From NCBI GenBank assembly GCA_965140585.1, contig OZ223269.1, forward strand, positions 960,001 through 1,024,000: a stretch of 64,000 nucleotides of DNA, given 5' to 3'. A program made the translations under genes and the position numbers. The stretch is from Spirochaetia bacterium. GTDB lineage: Bacteria > Spirochaetota > Spirochaetia > UBA9216. The notes under the pieces are model-generated. The model saw only the letters and a list, made by a program, of their open reading frames with translations. It was not told where the DNA came from and made no database searches. Positions 50,674-60,590 of this stretch are shown in pieces; the stretch's first letter is position 1; each line of letters begins with the position of its first letter.

Positions 50674-52822
50674 TTGTTCTATCCCCGTTTTTGCCTAGGC
50701 TTATTTTAAGTATAGTGGGAAGAAGACTGAGGCTTAAAAAGGAACTGAGAATCATAGTTACCCACATCAAAATGCTTAATGTCACATGTATTTGAAATGG
50801 ACTGAAAACCATAGCCGTAAAACCTATGGCAAGTCCCATGGCATTTGCGATTACCGGAGTAGCTACATAATCAAGAGCCCGAGTCACAGCAAGAGCAGAA
50901 GCCTCTCCTGCGGCTAGTTTCTTTTTTTCAAACCGGTATAAAGAAACAAAATGAATTGCATAATCAATTCCAACACCGACCGTCAGCCCTGCCATCATGC
51001 TGGATATAATACTAAGCCTTATTCCTGAATAACCCATGAACCCGAAAAGCCCTATCAAGGTAATTGCTACAGGAATACCTGAAAGGATCCCGAGTTTGAA
51101 GCTTCTCTGGGTGATAGTAGTCAGCACCATTACAAGAATAACTGCAAGCACAAGAGATCCGGTCTGCTGCGGCATTATAGTATCATTAAGCTCTTTCATC
51201 GCAAAAGCTGTACTGACAGGCTGAAGTTCAATACCATAATCCAGACTTATCTGTTCAGCAGTCTCAATGAAACCATTTAAAGTCCCGTCACTTAAGTCGG
51301 GAAGAAAGAAAAAAGCACGGCCGTAGCCTTCATCTGAATAAAAGTTGTTTAATCCGGATGGACTTAATTTTTTTATTCTGCTTAAAATCATCCTCTGAAC
51401 AAAAGGATCATCAGGTATTTCCGTCATCTTTGTTGTTGATGTAAGAAATCCCTCGACAAGCGAAAAAAGCGAAAGACTGCTGCCGGCTATACCTTTTTCA
51501 TTCACTGCCTTCTGAAAAGCAAGTACTGCATCAGCAGTATTAACATCAAGAGGTGAAGGGGTTTCGTACAGGAGTGTTACCGGTATGGCACCGCCAAGAA
51601 TTTCTGTTATTCTATCAATTGATTGATAAACTTCCGTATTCTTTTTATACATCGAAAGCATGGAAAAATCAGACTTAAGAAAAAATGTACCCGGAATTGC
51701 AACTGCTATAATCAGAAGTGTAATGACAATCGATTTACCTCCCTGGATCTTTTTGAATAGCCCAAGTACCCGGTTTTTACTGTTATAACGTCGTGATTCA
51801 AGCGGTTTCTGATGCAGCAGAAGGATTGGAAGAATTACCCAGGTTGCAGCACCGGCAGCAAGTATTCCCAATGCAGCGCCTGCTGCCATACTCCTGATTG
51901 CTTCACTGTCAATTAGAAGCATAGACAGAAATCCGGCCATAGTTGTCAGTGAAGTCATGATAATAGGTATACCGACAGCTTCCATAGTTTCCGATACTGC
52001 GTCAAAAGTCGAACGGCCCTCTGCAAGCCGGTCCATTACATGACTTGTAATATGCAAACCGTCCGCACTTCCAAGAACTATGATAAAAATTGGAATAAGT
52101 ACCGTCATTATCGAAATACTTCCCTCTATCCATGACATAACACCCAGGGTCATTACACCGGCAATAATAGCAGGAGACATACTAAGTGCGGTTGCCCTGA
52201 GACTTCCGATTCTTATTCTGAAAACGTTAATAAGGAGAATAATAGCGATGGGCGGGAGAAATATTAAAACTCGAAGAATATAATCAAATATTTTCCCCTG
52301 AAGATAGGGTTCTCCGGAAAGTAGATACTCACGGCCCGATCCATCAAGAGTATTCTGAATATTTTTTATTATAGGCGGATATTCATTATGCAGTCCCAAA
52401 AATACCCTGCAGATTACCCAGTCACTGTTTTTAAGCTCTATTCCTGTATTCAGATTATCAAGCAGTGCATCAGAATCAAAATCTGCAGAATCAAGAAGTT
52501 CTCTGCTGTAGGGCAGTTCAACTTTGCTAACCCCTTTGATCAGTGATAATTCATCTGCAATAAAACTAATATCATCAAGATCCTTCCTGTTGTTATCTAA
52601 ACTCATTAAAATCAGAATTTCATCAGAATCGCCGAATATCTCATTCAGAAAATGTATTTTCTTCAGTTGTTCAGACTTCATGGGCATAAAAACCGTAAAA
52701 TCAGTATTTATGTCTACAATGATAATTCCGGCTAAAGAAAAAGCCATCAACAATACAGTAAGAATCATAATAATTTTACCGTATTTGGAAAGAAATCCGG
52801 TATAGGAACGATATAGTCTCAT
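50645..52822 (-). CDS. MMPL/RND-superfamily transporter
   Basis: Two TM bundles; GSADGLH, TSLTTMAGF, GVGIDYAIH. Start uncertain (52822 or 52861). Confidence 0.85.
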   Translation of the reverse strand: MRLYRSYTGFLSKYGKIIMILTVLLMAFSLAGIIIVDINTDFTVFMPMKSEQLKKIHFLNEIFGDSDEILILMSLDNNRKDLDDISFIADELSLIKGVSKVELPYSRELLDSADFDSDALLDNLNTGIELKNSDWVICRVFLGLHNEYPPIIKNIQNTLDGSGREYLLSGEPYLQGKIFDYILRVLIFLPPIAIILLINVFRIRIGSLRATALSMSPAIIAGVMTLGVMSWIEGSISIMTVLIPIFIIVLGSADGLHITSHVMDRLAEGRSTFDAVSETMEAVGIPIIMTSLTTMAGFLSMLLIDSEAIRSMAAGAALGILAAGAATWVILPILLLHQKPLESRRYNSKNRVLGLFKKIQGGKSIVITLLIIAVAIPGTFFLKSDFSMLSMYKKNTEVYQSIDRITEILGGAIPVTLLYETPSPLDVNTADAVLAFQKAVNEKGIAGSSLSLFSLVEGFLTSTTKMTEIPDDPFVQRMILSRIKKLSPSGLNNFYSDEGYGRAFFFLPDLSDGTLNGFIETAEQISLDYGIELQPVSTAFAMKELNDTIMPQQTGSLVLAVILVMVLTTITQRSFKLGILSGIPVAITLIGLFGFMGYSGIRLSIISSMMAGLTVGVGIDYAIHFVSLYRFEKKKLAAGEASALAVTRALDYVATPVIANAMGLAIGFTAMVFSPFQIHVTLSILMWVTMILSSFLSLSLLPTILKISLGKNGDRTNERISKRNN

Positions 52823-52881
52823 GAATTGAATTATATGAAAAAAACGATTTTTTTTCATCATTTCTTTGATAAAATATCGCT

Positions 52882-53391
52882 ATGAATATTAGATTATACA
52901 CTGAAAATGAACTTAAAACTCTGGTTGGAATAGGCAGAAAAACCTATTTCGATACCTTTAGCAGATTCAATACTCCTGAAACCATGAGTGCCTACCTTGA
53001 TGAAGCTTTTGATAAAAATAAAATCGCCGGTGAAGTGGCTAATCCCGGTTCGTTTTTTTATTTTTGCGAGATTGAAAAGTCGATAGCAGCCTATTTCAAA
53101 CTTAACCTGCCTCCTTATCAATCAGATCGCAATGAACCTGATTCTCTGGAGCTTGAGCGTATATACGTGATTAGAGATTTTAAAGGCATAGGCCTTGGTC
53201 GGAAAATAATTGAATTTACAGAAACTTTTGCGGTAGAAAATGGCTGTAAAAAAATATGGCTTGGAGTATGGGAAAAGAACAGCTCAGCGCTCGAATTCTA
53301 TGCTAAAATGGGTTTTGAGAAATGCGGTGAACATTATTTCAGAATGGGAGAGGAACTTCAGACTGATTATATACTTGAAAAATATTTATGA
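52882..53391 (+). CDS. GNAT acetyltransferase (PaiA-like)
   Basis: ELERIYV..GIGLG, IWLGVWEKN..FY..GF. Confidence 0.9.
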   Translation: MNIRLYTENELKTLVGIGRKTYFDTFSRFNTPETMSAYLDEAFDKNKIAGEVANPGSFFYFCEIEKSIAAYFKLNLPPYQSDRNEPDSLELERIYVIRDFKGIGLGRKIIEFTETFAVENGCKKIWLGVWEKNSSALEFYAKMGFEKCGEHYFRMGEELQTDYILEKYL

Positions 53392-54434
53392 AGACTTCGC
53401 ATAAAATCATATTCAGCGACTCCCGTAATTTGCAATCCTTAATGCCGGATAACACGGTAGAACTCGTTGTAACATCACCTCCTTATCCGATGATTCCAAT
53501 GTGGGATTCACTTTTTTCAATTCTCAATCCCCTTATAAATGAAGATACCTTTACTACATCATCTGACGCCTTTGATATGATGCATAATGTACTTGATAAG
53601 ACATGGCTTGAAACTTTTCGCATCCTTAAACCCGGGGGTTTTGCATGTATAAACATTGGAGATGCTGCAAGAAAAACCAGTGAAGGTTTCAGGATGTTCA
53701 GCAATCATTCCAGAATTCTTGAATATTGTCATAAAATAGGCTTTGAAATTCTACCGCTGATAATCTGGCGAAAAACAACCAATTCCCCTACTAAATTTAT
53801 GGGGTCCGGAACACTCCCGGCCGGAGCCTACGTAACTCTTGAACATGAGTATATACTTGTAATGAAAAAACCGGGAAAAAGAAGTTTCGAGTCCGACTCA
53901 GAAAAAAAACATAGAAGGGAAAGTTCAATTTTCTGGGAAGAAAGAAATCAATGGTATTCTGATCTTTGGCAGTTTAAAGGAATCAGACAGAAAATCGAAG
54001 CAGGGTCAGCCAGAGAGCGAAGTGCAGCATTTCCTTTCGAAGTTCCTTTCAGACTCATCAATATGCTTTCAGTAAAAAATGACACTGTTTTTGACCCTTT
54101 TGCCGGAACCGGAACAACTTTGAAAGCAGCTGCATTCACCTGCAGAAACAGTATAGGTGTAGAAATTGATTCTGACATTGGTGAACTGTTCTTTGAGTCA
54201 CCGGAAAACTTTAAAGCTGAAGGAAATTCTATTATCGAGCAAAGAATCACTTCCCATACTGATTTTTTAACTGAATATAAAAAGAAAAAGCAGCTTAAAG
54301 GTTATAAGAATAAACATTACGGTTTTGATGTGGTTACAAGACTCGAAAAGGAACTGTATTTTAATAAACTCAAAGAAATTGTAAGGATATCTGAGAATGA
54401 ATTTCAAATTGGATATGAAAAACCCGAATATTAA
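53388..54434 (+). CDS. Beta-class amino (N4-C/N6-A) DNA methyltransferase
   Basis: Motif IV VTSPPY precedes motif I DPFAGTGTT. Confidence 0.9.
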   Translation: MKTSHKIIFSDSRNLQSLMPDNTVELVVTSPPYPMIPMWDSLFSILNPLINEDTFTTSSDAFDMMHNVLDKTWLETFRILKPGGFACINIGDAARKTSEGFRMFSNHSRILEYCHKIGFEILPLIIWRKTTNSPTKFMGSGTLPAGAYVTLEHEYILVMKKPGKRSFESDSEKKHRRESSIFWEERNQWYSDLWQFKGIRQKIEAGSARERSAAFPFEVPFRLINMLSVKNDTVFDPFAGTGTTLKAAAFTCRNSIGVEIDSDIGELFFESPENFKAEGNSIIEQRITSHTDFLTEYKKKKQLKGYKNKHYGFDVVTRLEKELYFNKLKEIVRISENEFQIGYEKPEY

Positions 54435-55284
54435 AATTGCTTATTTCAGCGGTACAGGCAGTACTGCATATGCTGCAGCTACACTAAGGCAAACGGCAGA
54501 AAAAATGGGGTATAAGGCTTCATTATACAGAATAGGTTCCGCTGATGTATTTGAATTAAAATCCGATGAGCTTCTTATACTGTGTTATGTCGTTCACGCC
54601 TGTAACCCACCAAAACCTGTTATAAACTGGCTGAAAAAACTTCCTGATAATGTTAACTCTGCAGCAGTCCTTTCAGTCTCCGGTGGCGGTGAAATTACAC
54701 CAAACCTTGCCTCAAGACTTCCCGCTATCAGAATTCTTGAAAATAAAGGGATGAAGGTCATTTATGAAGATATGTTTGTTATGCCTTCGAACTGGGTTAT
54801 TGCAATGAGTGATAAGCTTGCATCAAGACTGATAGAAGTACTTCCTCATAAAGCTGAAATGATACTTTCGAACATATTTTCAGGGATTACACGAAGAACC
54901 TCTCCCGGTCCGGGAAACAGACTTCTATCAGTTCTATGCCGTTTGGAACATTTTGGAGCAGAAAAAGTCGGCAGAAAAATGAAAATTGCAAATAACTGTA
55001 CAGGCTGCGGAATATGCAGTAAGAAATGTCCAGTGGGAAATATTGAACTTAATGCTGGTAAACCTGTTTTTTCCACTGCCTGTACACTTTGTCTAGGCTG
55101 CATCTACTCCTGCCCGGAACAGGCACTTTCTCTTTCAATGTTAAAATTTTTCTGCATTAAAGAGGGCTTCAACTTCAGCAGATTATTAAAACTGCCGCCT
55201 CCCGGTGAAATTTTTGATCTCAATACCGAAACTGAAAACGTCGTCTGGAAGGGTGTAAGAAAATACCTCTCAGAGTTAGAGTAA
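54415..55284 (+). CDS. EFR1-family flavodoxin-ferredoxin protein
   Basis: YFSGTGST, MPSNW, CTGCGICSKKCP, CTLCLGCIYSCP. Confidence 0.88.
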   Translation: MKNPNIKIAYFSGTGSTAYAAATLRQTAEKMGYKASLYRIGSADVFELKSDELLILCYVVHACNPPKPVINWLKKLPDNVNSAAVLSVSGGGEITPNLASRLPAIRILENKGMKVIYEDMFVMPSNWVIAMSDKLASRLIEVLPHKAEMILSNIFSGITRRTSPGPGNRLLSVLCRLEHFGAEKVGRKMKIANNCTGCGICSKKCPVGNIELNAGKPVFSTACTLCLGCIYSCPEQALSLSMLKFFCIKEGFNFSRLLKLPPPGEIFDLNTETENVVWKGVRKYLSELE

Positions 55285-55359
55285 ATTTTTTTAATCAGAT
55301 AATTTCAGCAAAAAAAACCGCAGGATATACCGGCGGATAAAAACTTTCAAAATAATTAA

Positions 55360-56868
55360 TCAGACAAACTTCTCCCTGATTTTTGAACTTACATAATCTA
55401 GAATAGCTACAGTAACAGCAATAAACCAAACGGCAATACCTGCAGACTTGTAATCAAGCAGACGAATGTACTGAACCAGAAGGAATCCGATTCCGCCTCC
55501 ACCGACCATACCGATAATTGTAGACATTCTGACATTGATGTCCCATCGGTAAATAGTAAATGAAACAAATGGCGGAATCATCTGGGGAACTACTGCAAAC
55601 ATAATAGTCTGCAGTTTATTTGCACCGGTTGCCTGAATTGCTTCTATCGGACCCGGATCAATGCTTTCTATAGATTCAGAATACAGCTTGCCTAATGCAG
55701 CTACAGAATGGATAGTAAGAGCAAGAATACCCGCAAAGGGGCCAAGACCTACCCACACAACTGCAATCAAAGCCCATATCATAGGTTCAATTGACCTTAT
55801 AATGTTAAAAATTGTTCTTGTTATATAATAAATAACAATCGTCAGCCGTGAGCCGGACATCATATTTCTGGCAGCCAGAAAACTCAGCGGTATTGAAATA
55901 ATTATACCAAACAATGTTGCCATCATGCCCATAAAGATGGTTTCAAGCATAAGTTCTATTGTTAATCTAAGCGGTTCACTTGCCTTCAGAGGGCCTACTG
56001 CAGATTCCTGTCTGGCGTGAACACTATGGTACTGCAGCCCCACGGCTGATGGGGGTGTAAGCCTGTAAGGCATAACAAGGTCAAACTCAAATGCTCCGCT
56101 GTTATCAGTCATTACACTGACATACTTCCCATCCTGCCTGGGCCGGAATTCATTACCTACAGAATCCTCCCAGACAATTAATGTTTCAGTATCCGGAGCA
56201 AAGCCGCTTCCTTCAAGGTGAAGAACATCACCCTTTATTACATTATTATCTTTATCAAGTTTCGATAGATTTCCATACGTTGGTGTGGATTTTATATATG
56301 GTTTTCCTTCCTCATACACCGGAATCTCAGGCGGGGCTTCATCGGAATCAGCAAGGATTTTGGCCTCTGCTTCAACTGTTGAAATATCACGTGTCACAGC
56401 AGCTTCCCAGGGCCAAAGAATACGTGAAAGCGGCGGCCATGCCTCAGGAAATTCAGTTACCATCTTATAGACATTAATTTCACTAATCTGCCATCCCATA
56501 CTGAAAAAAAGTACAAGAACAAGTCCGAAAAGAAGAACATTTCTTTCTTTACCGTTTTTTGAAATATTCCAGGCATCAAGAATTATCCAGATATACAGAA
56601 CCACAAGTGCAACTGAAATAAAAACCATAAAGAAGGGTGCACGATCAACAGATTTTATAAATTTAGCTATAAAAGTAGGTTCGCGATGCGCAAGGAGATT
56701 AATTCTCCAGATAAACAGTCCTATAATACTGATAAATGATGCAAGCAGCAAAAGCCCGCGTCGAATCCGCAAATTGATTAACTGTCCCAGACCGGGTATC
56801 ACTGCCGAAATAATCGCAGAAGGCAGCGGAGGTATGATAGTTTTTAAAGTTTCCTTTTTTTTAGCCAT
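55360..56868 (-). CDS. phnE: Phosphonate/phosphate ABC permease PhnE, N-terminally extended
   Basis: LSFLAARN, RSIEP, GLGPFAGILAL, GKLYSESIE, YRWDINVR..GGGGIG. Confidence 0.88.
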   Translation of the reverse strand: MAKKKETLKTIIPPLPSAIISAVIPGLGQLINLRIRRGLLLLASFISIIGLFIWRINLLAHREPTFIAKFIKSVDRAPFFMVFISVALVVLYIWIILDAWNISKNGKERNVLLFGLVLVLFFSMGWQISEINVYKMVTEFPEAWPPLSRILWPWEAAVTRDISTVEAEAKILADSDEAPPEIPVYEEGKPYIKSTPTYGNLSKLDKDNNVIKGDVLHLEGSGFAPDTETLIVWEDSVGNEFRPRQDGKYVSVMTDNSGAFEFDLVMPYRLTPPSAVGLQYHSVHARQESAVGPLKASEPLRLTIELMLETIFMGMMATLFGIIISIPLSFLAARNMMSGSRLTIVIYYITRTIFNIIRSIEPMIWALIAVVWVGLGPFAGILALTIHSVAALGKLYSESIESIDPGPIEAIQATGANKLQTIMFAVVPQMIPPFVSFTIYRWDINVRMSTIIGMVGGGGIGFLLVQYIRLLDYKSAGIAVWFIAVTVAILDYVSSKIREKFV

Positions 56869-57652
56869 TTTCCCCTCCGCTTATAGAACCGGCATTAACT
56901 CTTATAGCTTCTTCACCATAAATATCCTTGAACTGAGCGTCAGTCATTTTTTTTATGTCAGCATTTGAGCCTTCATATACAATCTTACCGCCTTTCAATC
57001 CGATAACTCGGGTTGAATATCTTTGAACAAGATCAAGATAATGAAGGCTGCACATAATTGTAATATCCTTCTGTCTGTTTATATCTTCAAGGTATCCAAG
57101 TATAGAATGTGCAAGAACCGGGTCAAGACTTGCAACAGGTTCATCAGCAAGAATCATCAGTGGGTCCTGCATCAAGGCTCTGGCTATCCCGACACGCTGC
57201 TGCTGCCCTCCGGATAATTCATCAGCACGTTTTTCAGCCTGATCCTCAATACCGACCATTTTTAAAGCTTCCTGAGCCTTTTTCCTGTCTGCCGTGGAAA
57301 AATGATATAAAAGACTTGAAGACGGTTTTGTATATCCAAGCCGTCCTGAAAGTACATTCTGCATTACGCTTGAACGCTTAACCAGATTAAAATGCTGAAA
57401 TATCATTCCAATCTGTCGTCTGACTTTTCTGAGTGTTTTACCGTCAGCCCCGGTCACCATCTCTCCGTTCCATATAATTTCACCGTCTGTAGGTTCTATC
57501 AGTCTATTGATACAACGCAGCAGAGTGGATTTACCTGAACCGGAAAGACCGATAATTACAAGAAATTCACCGTCATTTACTGTGAAGCTCACATTATCAA
57601 GGGCTTTAGTACCATCATCGTATATTTTTGTGAGATTGCGGATCTCAAGCAT
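56861..57652 (-). CDS. phnC: Phosphonate ABC ATP-binding protein
   Basis: GLSGSGKSTLLRCINRL, FQHFNLV, LSGGQQQRV, LADEPVASLDP. Confidence 0.92.
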   Translation of the reverse strand: MLEIRNLTKIYDDGTKALDNVSFTVNDGEFLVIIGLSGSGKSTLLRCINRLIEPTDGEIIWNGEMVTGADGKTLRKVRRQIGMIFQHFNLVKRSSVMQNVLSGRLGYTKPSSSLLYHFSTADRKKAQEALKMVGIEDQAEKRADELSGGQQQRVGIARALMQDPLMILADEPVASLDPVLAHSILGYLEDINRQKDITIMCSLHYLDLVQRYSTRVIGLKGGKIVYEGSNADIKKMTDAQFKDIYGEEAIRVNAGSISGGENG

Positions 57653-57712
57653 TATGCCTCCAAAAAGAAAAGGAGCCGCAAAAGGATGCAGCTCCCCATT
57701 AGGAATAGTTTC

Positions 57713-58618
57713 TTAGTTTGTAAGTTCTTCGATACTCAGACCTGAAGCCTGGAGAACCTGTCTGAAAGGATCGTAGAATGTATCATCGTGTTTTTCGAGA
57801 GCATTCCACTGATATGCGGTATTTAACGCATCCTTACCTTCATCAGTTGAGGCGATTTTAAGAAGTGCGTCTACAATTCTTGATTTCATCTCAGCATCCA
57901 TACCTGGGATAAACTGAACACCGTCATTGGGAATGTTTTCAGTAAGGGCAATTACGATTACCTTGTCCATTACATCAGGATAATCGCCTTCAAGCCTTGT
58001 TCTTGCATCAACATAAGAAGCACCGGCATCAACATCACCGTTATATAGCGCAGCAATTACTGCATCATGGCTTCCTGCATCTACTACACCTGTAAGGTCT
58101 GATTCCGGATCAACACCTGCAGCTCTTAAAGTAAGCATTGGAATAATCCATCCGCTTGTTGAAAGAGGATCAGGTCTTCCAAATGTATGTCCGGAAATAC
58201 CGGCAACGTCGGTTATACCGCTGTCTGCTCTTACCATGATCTGTCCATTATATGTAGGACTTCCGTATCTTACAGAAACGAGTTCGGCTTCTGCTACACC
58301 TTTTTCGGCAGCAAGAACATATGCAAATGTAGCAAGTGAAGACATATGAGCCTCGGGAGGATCACTGGCCATAGCTTCAATAACACCAGCATACTCGGTT
58401 GCAACATTGGTTTTGAAGTAATAACCGGTTTCATCATGAAGCATGTCAGCAACAGCCTGTGCACCGGAAGATACTCTTTCCATTTCTCCGGACGGAACAA
58501 AAGACCAGATAATCGGGTTTTCTTCAGTACCGAGAGCAGCTTCAGCTTTACCGCCTGCAAATGCCATTGCGGAAAGAATCAGAAGCAGGATAGTTGAAAT
58601 TAGAATTGTTTTTTTCAT
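57713..58618 (-). CDS. phnD: Phosphate/phosphite/phosphonate-binding protein
   Basis: Signal peptide ..FAGG; YAGVIEAM, STSGW, GSHDA, IPNDG. Confidence 0.88.
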   Translation of the reverse strand: MKKTILISTILLLILSAMAFAGGKAEAALGTEENPIIWSFVPSGEMERVSSGAQAVADMLHDETGYYFKTNVATEYAGVIEAMASDPPEAHMSSLATFAYVLAAEKGVAEAELVSVRYGSPTYNGQIMVRADSGITDVAGISGHTFGRPDPLSTSGWIIPMLTLRAAGVDPESDLTGVVDAGSHDAVIAALYNGDVDAGASYVDARTRLEGDYPDVMDKVIVIALTENIPNDGVQFIPGMDAEMKSRIVDALLKIASTDEGKDALNTAYQWNALEKHDDTFYDPFRQVLQASGLSIEELTN

Positions 58619-58762
58619 TCGATTTTGCCTCCGTTAAATTTTTAACAGTTAATTATACGCCTGAGCACCGAATCATGCAATCATAACCCGATAAAATCCT
58701 GTTCGATAAAGCTTGAAGATCCAAAAACTATCCGTTATTATTAGGTTCTACAGGGGAAATAA

Positions 58763-59908
58763 ATGCAAGACGAATTTGAAGACATCAGGCCTTACAGCGA
58801 TGTGGAATTTCCAGAAGTAAAGAGAAGGATTCATGAAGACAAATTCCTTCGAGGATTTTTCAGAAACATAAAATGGCCAAACTGCCCGTCTATTTTAAAG
58901 CCTGCAGCAGATCAGGCAATAGGCTTGTATTTAAAAAGTGAGCTTAAAAAAGTAACAACTATCAGAGATTTTCAGCATGATATTATTATAAATAAATTTG
59001 TGCAGTGGGTGGTAGATAAGACTACAGATGGTGTCTCCTGTTCCGGCCTCGATGAACTGGATAAGAATACTGCCTACATGTTTATCAGCAACCACCGTGA
59101 TATAGTGCTCGATGCAACTCTTTTAAACTATTTTCTGGTTAAAAACGGATTCAGCACTACACAGATTGCCTTTGGTGACAATCTTTTAATTAATGAGCTT
59201 GTAACTGACCTTATTAGGATTAATAAGTCTTTTATTGTAAAGCGAAATCTCAATCTTCGTGAACAGCTTGAAGCATCAATAAAATTGTCAAAATACATCT
59301 ATCATATGATAGAAAGCGGTGATTCTATCTGGATAGCTCAGAAGGAAGGACGGTCAAAAGACGGAGCCGACCAGACAAATCCGGCAGTTATCAAGATGCT
59401 GTTTCTTTCCCAGAGAAAGAGCGGTGTGGAATTTTCTGATTTTATCAAAAAACTCAGGATTGTTCCTGTATCCATTTCCTATGAACTTGATCCATGCGAT
59501 ACATTAAAGGGCTGGGAAGTATACAGATCCGAAACAAGGGAAAATATTCAGAAAACTAAAAACCTTGATCTTGTAAGCATGTGGACCGGAATGCGCGGGG
59601 CAAAGGGCAGGGTACACATACACTACGGAGAACCTTTAAACGGCAACTATGCTAATGACAAAGACGTAGCTGCAGCGCTTGACAGGGGAATACACCGCGG
59701 ATACAAGCTCTGGCCAAGTAACTACATCAGCTATGATGAACTCAACAAGACTGGTAAATATGCTGATAACTACACAGAAATGCAGAGAGAGGAATTTCTT
59801 CACAGATTCAGAAAGCTTGGAGAACCTGTAAGACAAAAAGTTCTTAATATGTATGCAAGGCCTGTTACCAACCAGGAAGAGGCTGTTTTCTTCGATGAAC
59901 AGCAATAA
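58763..59908 (+). CDS. Glycerol-phosphate acyltransferase (PlsC-like)
   Basis: FEDIRPY, SNHRDIVLD, WIAQKEGRSKDG, PVSISYE. Confidence 0.9.
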   Translation: MQDEFEDIRPYSDVEFPEVKRRIHEDKFLRGFFRNIKWPNCPSILKPAADQAIGLYLKSELKKVTTIRDFQHDIIINKFVQWVVDKTTDGVSCSGLDELDKNTAYMFISNHRDIVLDATLLNYFLVKNGFSTTQIAFGDNLLINELVTDLIRINKSFIVKRNLNLREQLEASIKLSKYIYHMIESGDSIWIAQKEGRSKDGADQTNPAVIKMLFLSQRKSGVEFSDFIKKLRIVPVSISYELDPCDTLKGWEVYRSETRENIQKTKNLDLVSMWTGMRGAKGRVHIHYGEPLNGNYANDKDVAAALDRGIHRGYKLWPSNYISYDELNKTGKYADNYTEMQREEFLHRFRKLGEPVRQKVLNMYARPVTNQEEAVFFDEQQ

Positions 59909-60590
59909 AATAATAACTGCTGCGCTCCTTTTATATGCGGCTTTAACCTGCTTTTCATGCGGAAACAGTATTCCGCAAATTTCAGGGGTAAACAGCCAGC
60001 AGTATTTTCTTATTTCACCGGAAAGCGGTGAAATAGGTTTTTTTATTAATTTATACGTAAATGCTGATGACAAAGACGGAATCGAAGATTTACTTAACCT
60101 GTATCTGCTGTCGGACGATGATGAACTCCTCTGGCGCAGTTCCAGTGAAGACTGGGTAATTCGTGAACAAAACGGTATAGAGTGGCGCGGAATTGAAAAA
60201 CTGGTACTATCTGAAAACAGTGTATTTTCACCCGGAACTTACAGACTGATACTGAAAGACAGGGCCGGAGAGCAGGTTAATGATGAAATCATTATCCGTC
60301 CGGTTGGTCAGGATTTAAACCCTGATACATTTCCCAGGCTGTCGGCATCAAATGAAAACAGCAGTACTTTACTTCTTGAAAGCCCATATGAAAACAGTAT
60401 CATTTCGTTTTATGATAAATCAGGTGAACTTCTACAGGCCTATAGAACAACAAATGGCACCATTCTTATCAGAGATCTCCCGCATGGTGATGATGTTTCA
60501 AGAAAATATCAGTCTGTATATGTATCAGCCTATAATGACAAAATAGGTGCGGCGTTTATGGCCGGCCCCTATTTTAAGGGATCTTTTTAA
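59895..60590 (+). CDS. Lipoprotein of unknown function
   Basis: Lipobox CFSC; DDKDGIEDL motif. Confidence 0.7.
   Translation: MNSNKIITAALLLYAALTCFSCGNSIPQISGVNSQQYFLISPESGEIGFFINLYVNADDKDGIEDLLNLYLLSDDDELLWRSSSEDWVIREQNGIEWRGIEKLVLSENSVFSPGTYRLILKDRAGEQVNDEIIIRPVGQDLNPDTFPRLSASNENSSTLLLESPYENSIISFYDKSGELLQAYRTTNGTILIRDLPHGDDVSRKYQSVYVSAYNDKIGAAFMAGPYFKGSF

Noticed and set aside
49426-54434. Endonuclease plus methyltransferase as a restriction-modification system
   Set aside because: The nuclease is a secreted non-specific type, 3 kb away and separated by opposite-strand genes.
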